From: Salisapilia sapeloensis CBS 127946
Taxonomy: Eukaryota > Protista > Oomycota
DNA length: 39,050 bases
Assembly: GCA_023334545.1 (NCBI GenBank)
Contig: JAADVB010000178.1
Span: 1 to 39,050, forward strand
Direction: 5' to 3'
Shown: positions 33,710 through 39,050 of the stretch, piece after piece
Position numbering within the stretch: position 1 is the first letter of the stretch
Layout of the letters: every line of letters starts with the position of its first letter
Notes under the pieces: model-generated
Seen by the model: the letters and a program-made list of their open reading frames with translations, nothing else
Told to the model about the DNA's origin: nothing
Database searches by the model: none
Position numbers and translations under genes: made by a program

Positions 33710-34585
33710 ATGGCGATGCTCTTCTCCATCTTCCTCTTCTTCCAAGTAGTCTTCATGACTGTTAATGCGCGTATCATGCCTTTACGTTCGAAGCCAGAGT
33801 ACTGGTTAGACGACACGGTTTTCAACATGGTGGAACAAGTGCAGTAAGCAGTTCTGGAGATATACCTCGAAGAATGCCATTCGTGATCTATACCGTCATG
33901 TGCATAGTGCGCGTCATGCAAGACAGCTTGTTGCCGAGAATGACTGGGCAACACTGTCTACGATCTCCAAGATCTATGGCGGTGCCCCCTATGGTAACAT
34001 TGTGTCCTACAGTGGTATGTAGCTCTCTTAAGCATATTTATCTCCCGGTACTCATCGCTCTCTAGACGGACTAGCGAACGATAAGCAATCATCTACTGGC
34101 GTCCTCTACTTTTACCTCACACCTCTCGACAGTGCTGGTATGTCCATATCATAAAGCTAGACAAGAATCGATATTAACTAGGTCGTAGGAATGGATTTAA
34201 AGCACAACTCGACTGCGAGTGTCTCGATCTCGATGGTCCAAAAGCCTTCCGAGACGTGCAAGGTGATGGATGTGGAAGACCCGACTTGTTGGAAAGCCAC
34301 GCTAGTCGGCCATGTCATCCCCATTGAAGATGCTGACGAGCACAAACTAGCTCAAGATGCTCTTTTCTCCAAGTACATGCCATCATCTAGTTGAAAAGGA
34401 GAATGATAGATGCTAACGATAGATGTAGACATCCACAGATGGAGTACTGGCCAAAGAACCACAACTTTAGCTTTTACAAGTTGGAGTTGGATGAAGTGGT
34501 ACTTTTGGACTTTTATGGTGGCGCGAAACGTATTTCGTCAGACCAGTACTACGCGGTTGATCTGGCCAAGGAGAAAGTGTTCTAA
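33710..34585 (+). CDS. CREG: CREG-like secreted split-barrel protein, 5 exons
   Basis: Signal peptide MAMLFSIFLFFQVVFMTVNA. A 64-nt intron (33844-33907) leads into ARHARQLV..WATLSTIS..PYGNIVSYS|DG..YFYLT, EDPTC, and HPQMEYWPKNHNFSFYKL..LLDFYGG. Confidence 0.88.
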
Positions 34586-34660
34586 GTGATGCAAAGGCAT
34601 CCAAGAATAAAAAACCAAGATTTTGATTCTTTTCTTTTTTCTGTTTTTTCTATTCGTTTT

Positions 34661-35061
34661 TTATTCGCGTTCCGATCGAGGAATGCTCTTCTTGCCATAC
34701 ACTCGAGTGGGTGGCTTTGGCAGCACATTCGCTTCACCAAGGAGATGCGAGACGCGGTCGGATGGCTGCGCACCAACGGACATCCAGTATCGAACTCGTT
34801 CAGAGTTCACGCGAAGCTCTTTGATACCATCTTTAGCTGCAATCGGGTTGTACGTGCCGAGCTATGGTGAGGAAGATAGTGTTAGTACGAAGGATGGAGG
34901 TTGCTCCGCTTGCAACGTGAAGCGGTCGTGGGTGGGGGTGAAAGGATGCTTACGATCTCAAGGTGACGGCCATCCCGAGGTGCACGGGCGTCAGCAGCGA
35001 CAATTCGGTAGAAGGGCAGGTCCTTGCGGCCCCATCGCGCTAGTCGTAGACGCACCACCAT
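34661..35061 (-). CDS. MRPS16: Mitochondrial ribosomal protein S16 (bS16m), 102 aa, 2 exons; absent from the ORF track
   Basis: [36 protein letters not shown]|[22 protein letters not shown]. Intron 34953-34862 has a GTAAGC donor and an ACTAAC branch point. Confidence 0.95.
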
Positions 35062-35717
35062 CCTTTTGCTTTGCTCTTGTGTTGGTTCGGAACGGAATAT
35101 TTACATTTAATATGCTCATGGTAGCTGTCAGTTTGTATTACTTTTTGTATCGTTTATGAAACTGTTATTGTGGAATTTTGAAGCAAAAAAGTGCTTTTTT
35201 ATTTTCTTTTGTTTGTTCTTGAAGTTGGATTGAAGAGTATGGACAACGTACTGAAGTTGGATCGCCATAGGAACTTGATGCGTCTTAAAGGAGTTCTACT
35301 GCTAGTGTAGCATCCTAAAACCACTTCAGGGTTCTGCGTTATTTCAATAAAGAGTGTTGTAAAATTAGTCTATACAGAACTGAATGAGTGGTGCAATAGC
35401 ACTTCTTTCGTCAAGGACAGCGTGACTGCTGACATATAGACCAAGACCGCGCATATTAGCTTGTCAGTTCTTTCTTGCTCGATATGTGGCCACAAGTAGG
35501 AAAGCTCCAAAATGATATTGAGTAGTGGAAGACACTTCGATCCACGAGCTGATGGAGAATATTGCATATGCGTTGAAACTGTAAAGCTAGTAGAAAGTTG
35601 ATAAAAATAGTATTCACATTGGTTTGTGGTATCAGTTTCTTAATTCCTGTGGTCCTCCATCATCACTTGATCCCGAACAAGAAGGCGTATTCCCGTTCCT
35701 TTTCACTTCATTGTACA

Positions 35718-36862
35718 ATGCGGATAGAAACGGATGCACAAAAGCAAAGTCCTGATCCAGCATCACATCCTGAATCCTCGCCAGTGAATGGCAAACGGAT
35801 GGATGAAGGTAGTGCCTACTTCCTATATGATCTCTCTTTTATGTACTAAATGGTTGAATTGACGTGATCGCATGCTATAGAAGAGTTCGTCGTGATTGTT
35901 CCGGCAAGGCAGGATTTAAAGGGTTTTGACGATGAAGCCAATATAGACGAGATTATAATTACTGCGATCGAAGAATTATCTTGCCAGACGCAATGGCTTA
36001 CACAGTACAATGTACGTGCCTCGGGATTGTATAACTTTACCGTGGTGTAATATCTTTTATTGAATAGGCTATCCTGACAATGCGTCGACTACTACTGTCG
36101 CATGCAGCTGCTCTACAACCGCATTTGGAATTGCAAATTCCCATGTTTCTACTTTGCGTCGATAGTCTTCGATCGTCACTATCGAAGAACGCACTTCTGC
36201 TTCTCGCAGAGTGTTTTCAGACATTTTCAATCCACGTCATCTCACCGTTCATGAAACCGCGACAATCAAACTTGCTCGAGACACTACTACGACGGGCTGC
36301 CTGTGAAAAGAAATTTCTAAGAGAAGCAGCTTTATACTCATCGATGATGCTTGTGCAGTACCAAGCTACAATGGAACTACTAGTGTCGCTTGCCTCATTT
36401 TCGAGTAGTAAGAGCCCAAAAATTTGCAGTCTAGTTGCCACGTTGCTCCACGCTTCGCTCGTGACGATGCATCTACAAGGATGCCCCGAGTTAGAGCAGA
36501 CAGCTACAAACGATGACTCGGCTGAGATTGGTGTCATTTGTAAAAGCTTAGTTGAGTTGAGATCTGGGAGGGATCCAAAAGCTAGGAAAGAGGCATTTGA
36601 TGCTTTGCGGGAGCTTGGAAGTGCCATTGGAGAGAAGACACTAGGCATACTGATGGCAAAGTGGGTACCAAACAAGAACATTGCTGTAAGAGTTACTCGA
36701 GATGCTTTTGATGCTCGAGCAAAGCCTGCTAGTCCAGTCGCCGCCCAGCGGCTTCGAGTAGAAGGCGCTTCTCAGCTTCCGAAACGATCGACTTTAAGAG
36801 AGCGGATGATGATGCATAGCCAGAATGCTCAGACAAGAGACGCCGTGGATATGAATGAATAA
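35718..36862 (+). CDS. TOG/CLASP-N-like HEAT-repeat protein, 3 exons
   Basis: W..QYN|AILTMRRL, DSLRSSLSKNAL, LLRRAACEKKFLREAA and GRDPKARKEA are typical of the CLASP_N/TOG family. Introns of 72 and 56 nt. Confidence 0.75.
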
Positions 36863-36906
36863 AGCATCTACTTCATTTTACCGATATGCAATTGACTATA
36901 ATGTTA

Positions 36907-38340
36907 TTAGACTTGCTCTTGCTCGCGCTTGATATCATTTGTCGGCTTTAGTAATCTCGAAGGCATCCAATCGTACTTAGCTTGAAAGTATCGCTGCCGA
37001 CCACGTACTTTAACTGGTGACAGTGGAATGCTAGAATGCAAGGATTGTTGTGGATTGCCAGATGATAACTTATCCGTGCAATGGTATTCAATCGGGATTG
37101 CAACCCAAACATTGTCATGATTGACGCGCGCATTTTGTGACAGTATTTTTGAATACCGTGTGAATGGCATGCGCAAGGTACGGGCTCCTGCGAGGTGCGA
37201 TTGCTTTGGCGGATTTTCGAACCATGGAAGTGGTTCCAACAACGATCGACGATGCAACCGAATGTCCTTGTACGAAGTGTTTGATGCAAATGTAGGTAAA
37301 GCTGGTACTCGACTCTTAACTCGATTCTCGATTTCTCGTCGCTGCCGCAATTCAACTTCTGTTGGATTCAACAAAGCTTCCCGTGCTCTTCGCAGTCTCT
37401 CTCGTCTCAACTTGGCTAAAGCTCTTCGTTTTCGCTTATCCAGCCATTGATCGACTTGTATTCTAGTGCGTGCCCCGCGCCAAACGCGCTGCAGAAGACG
37501 GATAGCCAGTAGTTTTGCAACAGATTTATATACGCCATGCATTGTATCTTTCGAAAGCATATGAATGGAGCAACGTCGATTATGGGTCGATCTGTCTAGA
37601 TCTTCTATAATGGATATGGACGATGTCATGATATCTGATAGCCGACTTAATCGTTCTTGAGTTCGATCTCGTTGGAGTTTGATAAAGCGCCAATTATACT
37701 GTATTATACAGACAGCTCTTGCTTTGTTTTTATCTGCAATTGATCTAGCAAGCCTCGGAAGACGGGTGCCGATAGTGTCCGATACAAATCGCTTTGCAAC
37801 ACACTTTACCATCTCTCGACGATATTTGTTTTGGTTAAAAAGAATTTGTTTTCTGCCTTGGACAGCTAATCTATTTCGAAAAGCTTTCATGAGCTGTTGC
37901 ATTCTCTCGGCCTTAGCAGATTTCCTTGCCATCTCTTGAGCAAGCAAGTCAGCGGCACTAGGACCTCGAATTCGTTTATAAGCTTTCTTAAGAACATCAA
38001 GAATGCGTTTGGAGCTATTTTGATGTAACCAAAGTGCAGTCTTTGAAAACATTCGCTTCCACAACGACTGCCACTTCCTCGACAACATGGACATGAAATC
38101 GATCAGCTTTCTTACCAATGGACTTGTGGAAACCATGTTTGTTGCTGTTACAAGCGCTCGATTAGCTTGTTTGCGTCGAAAAAAGGAGAGGTATCTCTTC
38201 TTTTTTACTTGTTCAACTTTAGTTTGAAAGCGGTCGGATGCAACAAGTGACGGACTCCATGAAGGTAAACTTGGTGCAATTCTTTGAATCCGAGTCAAGT
38301 ATGTGATGGGAACGCTATCGGGCGGCGATCTATTTGTCAT
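36907..38340 (-). CDS. Basic IQ-motif-containing hypothetical protein, 477 aa
   Basis: Long uninterrupted ORF with IQ-like motifs IIQYNWR and LLQRVWRGARTR. Confidence 0.7.
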   Translation of the reverse strand: MTNRSPPDSVPITYLTRIQRIAPSLPSWSPSLVASDRFQTKVEQVKKKRYLSFFRRKQANRALVTATNMVSTSPLVRKLIDFMSMLSRKWQSLWKRMFSKTALWLHQNSSKRILDVLKKAYKRIRGPSAADLLAQEMARKSAKAERMQQLMKAFRNRLAVQGRKQILFNQNKYRREMVKCVAKRFVSDTIGTRLPRLARSIADKNKARAVCIIQYNWRFIKLQRDRTQERLSRLSDIMTSSISIIEDLDRSTHNRRCSIHMLSKDTMHGVYKSVAKLLAIRLLQRVWRGARTRIQVDQWLDKRKRRALAKLRRERLRRAREALLNPTEVELRQRREIENRVKSRVPALPTFASNTSYKDIRLHRRSLLEPLPWFENPPKQSHLAGARTLRMPFTRYSKILSQNARVNHDNVWVAIPIEYHCTDKLSSGNPQQSLHSSIPLSPVKVRGRQRYFQAKYDWMPSRLLKPTNDIKREQEQV

Positions 38341-38799
38341 TTTCTATCAACAATAAACTTAAATGAAGCTTTCGCGTGTAGTTGATATGTAGGCGTTTCA
38401 ACTTAGCAAAAATCTTACTGAAATTAATGCACGCGTTTTCATCCAAGTATGTTGTACATGGCATATCCTAGAATAAACCATTTCATATGCTGTTTTCTTT
38501 GCTCCTAGGTTTCCATATTGCTACTATAGAGCTTGTGAAGGAAAATGTAAACGCTTATTATTGCTCATTACTCAGCGATCGATATAGGGAGACACAGAGG
38601 AACATCAGCTACAGAATGGAATCGAAATGAAGTACAAAATAGTTTATCAAAGGATAAAATCTTTGTCTAGTCACTGAAAGACGTTTTGACCTATCTTGGG
38701 CATGCTCAGCATGAAATCGGAGTTGGAAAAGGATTACAATCGGACTATCACCTTGACCTAAATATTCATTGCTTTGAACAAGTGATAAGACATCCCCGA

Positions 38800-38997
38800 C
38801 TATCTTACGGAACCAGATCCTTGTAGAAGATCTTTAAATCCGAATGTAACGCAGCGACGCTCCACGACGGCTCCTGTAATTATACATCGCAAGCAAACAG
38901 AAAAGTTTAGTTTGCTTATGAGATTAGTGCCACTGGCAACTCCAACTGCAAAACCGCCAACGATGGCAAGGGTCGAGAGACCCTTCAACACTGCCAT
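38800..38997 (-). CDS. Possible small membrane protein (N-terminal GxxxGxxxG helix); exon structure unresolved
   Basis: MAVLKGLSTLAIVGGFAVGVASG, an intron-like segment ending TTACAG, and a GTAAGA donor near 38808. Confidence 0.3.
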   Translation of the reverse strand: MAVLKGLSTLAIVGGFAVGVASGTNLISKLNFSVCLRCIITGAVVERRCVTFGFKDLLQGSGSVR

Positions 38998-39050
38998 AGC
39001 CTTACCTGCTTCTCATTCCTAGTCTTCTAATTGGCTTCCAGAACGCAAGA

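Noticed and set aside
34862-34953. Intronic snoRNA in the 92-nt MRPS16 intron (CCGCTT/AAGCGG hairpin)
   Set aside because: No C/D or H/ACA boxes are visible, and a 6-bp stem is expected by chance.
34586-35159. 94-aa and 178-aa plus-strand ORFs
   Set aside because: They are antisense to the clearly recognisable spliced MRPS16 gene.
39001-39008. CTTACCTG resembling the U1 snRNA 5' end
   Set aside because: No U1 stem-loops or Sm site follow. It is more simply a minus-strand CAG|GTAAG donor-like sequence.

Overview
Eukaryotic, very gene-dense genomic DNA in the standard genetic code, most consistent with a flagellated oomycete (stramenopile). The evidence is short GT-AG introns (mostly 49-64 nt), oomycete-type INR+FPR and CCAAT promoter elements, oomycete-type PX-RING and bZIP families, and a central-pair flagellar gene. 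About 24 protein-coding genes can be reconstructed by hand. They include an SCI1-like protein, a PHD protein, mitochondrial ClpB/Hsp78, PDCD5, methylmalonate-semialdehyde dehydrogenase, an ABHD hydrolase, an MFS transporter, a CDPK-like kinase, SNF1/AMPK-alpha, NOP14, phosphatidylserine synthase, CFAP119, CSB/ERCC6, a LYR protein, CREG, mitochondrial S16 (missed by the ORF track), and TOG and IQ proteins. No rRNA, tRNA, CRISPR array or recognisable transposon was seen. The best candidates for novelty are: a split-PHD protein with two SAND/ULTRAPETALA/TDBD-like modules; a motor-less kinesin-3-tail-like protein ending in a CaaX box; and a 20-kb run of 14 genes in strictly alternating orientation with convergent gaps as small as 5 bp. 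All family assignments come from motif recognition by eye, not database searches.
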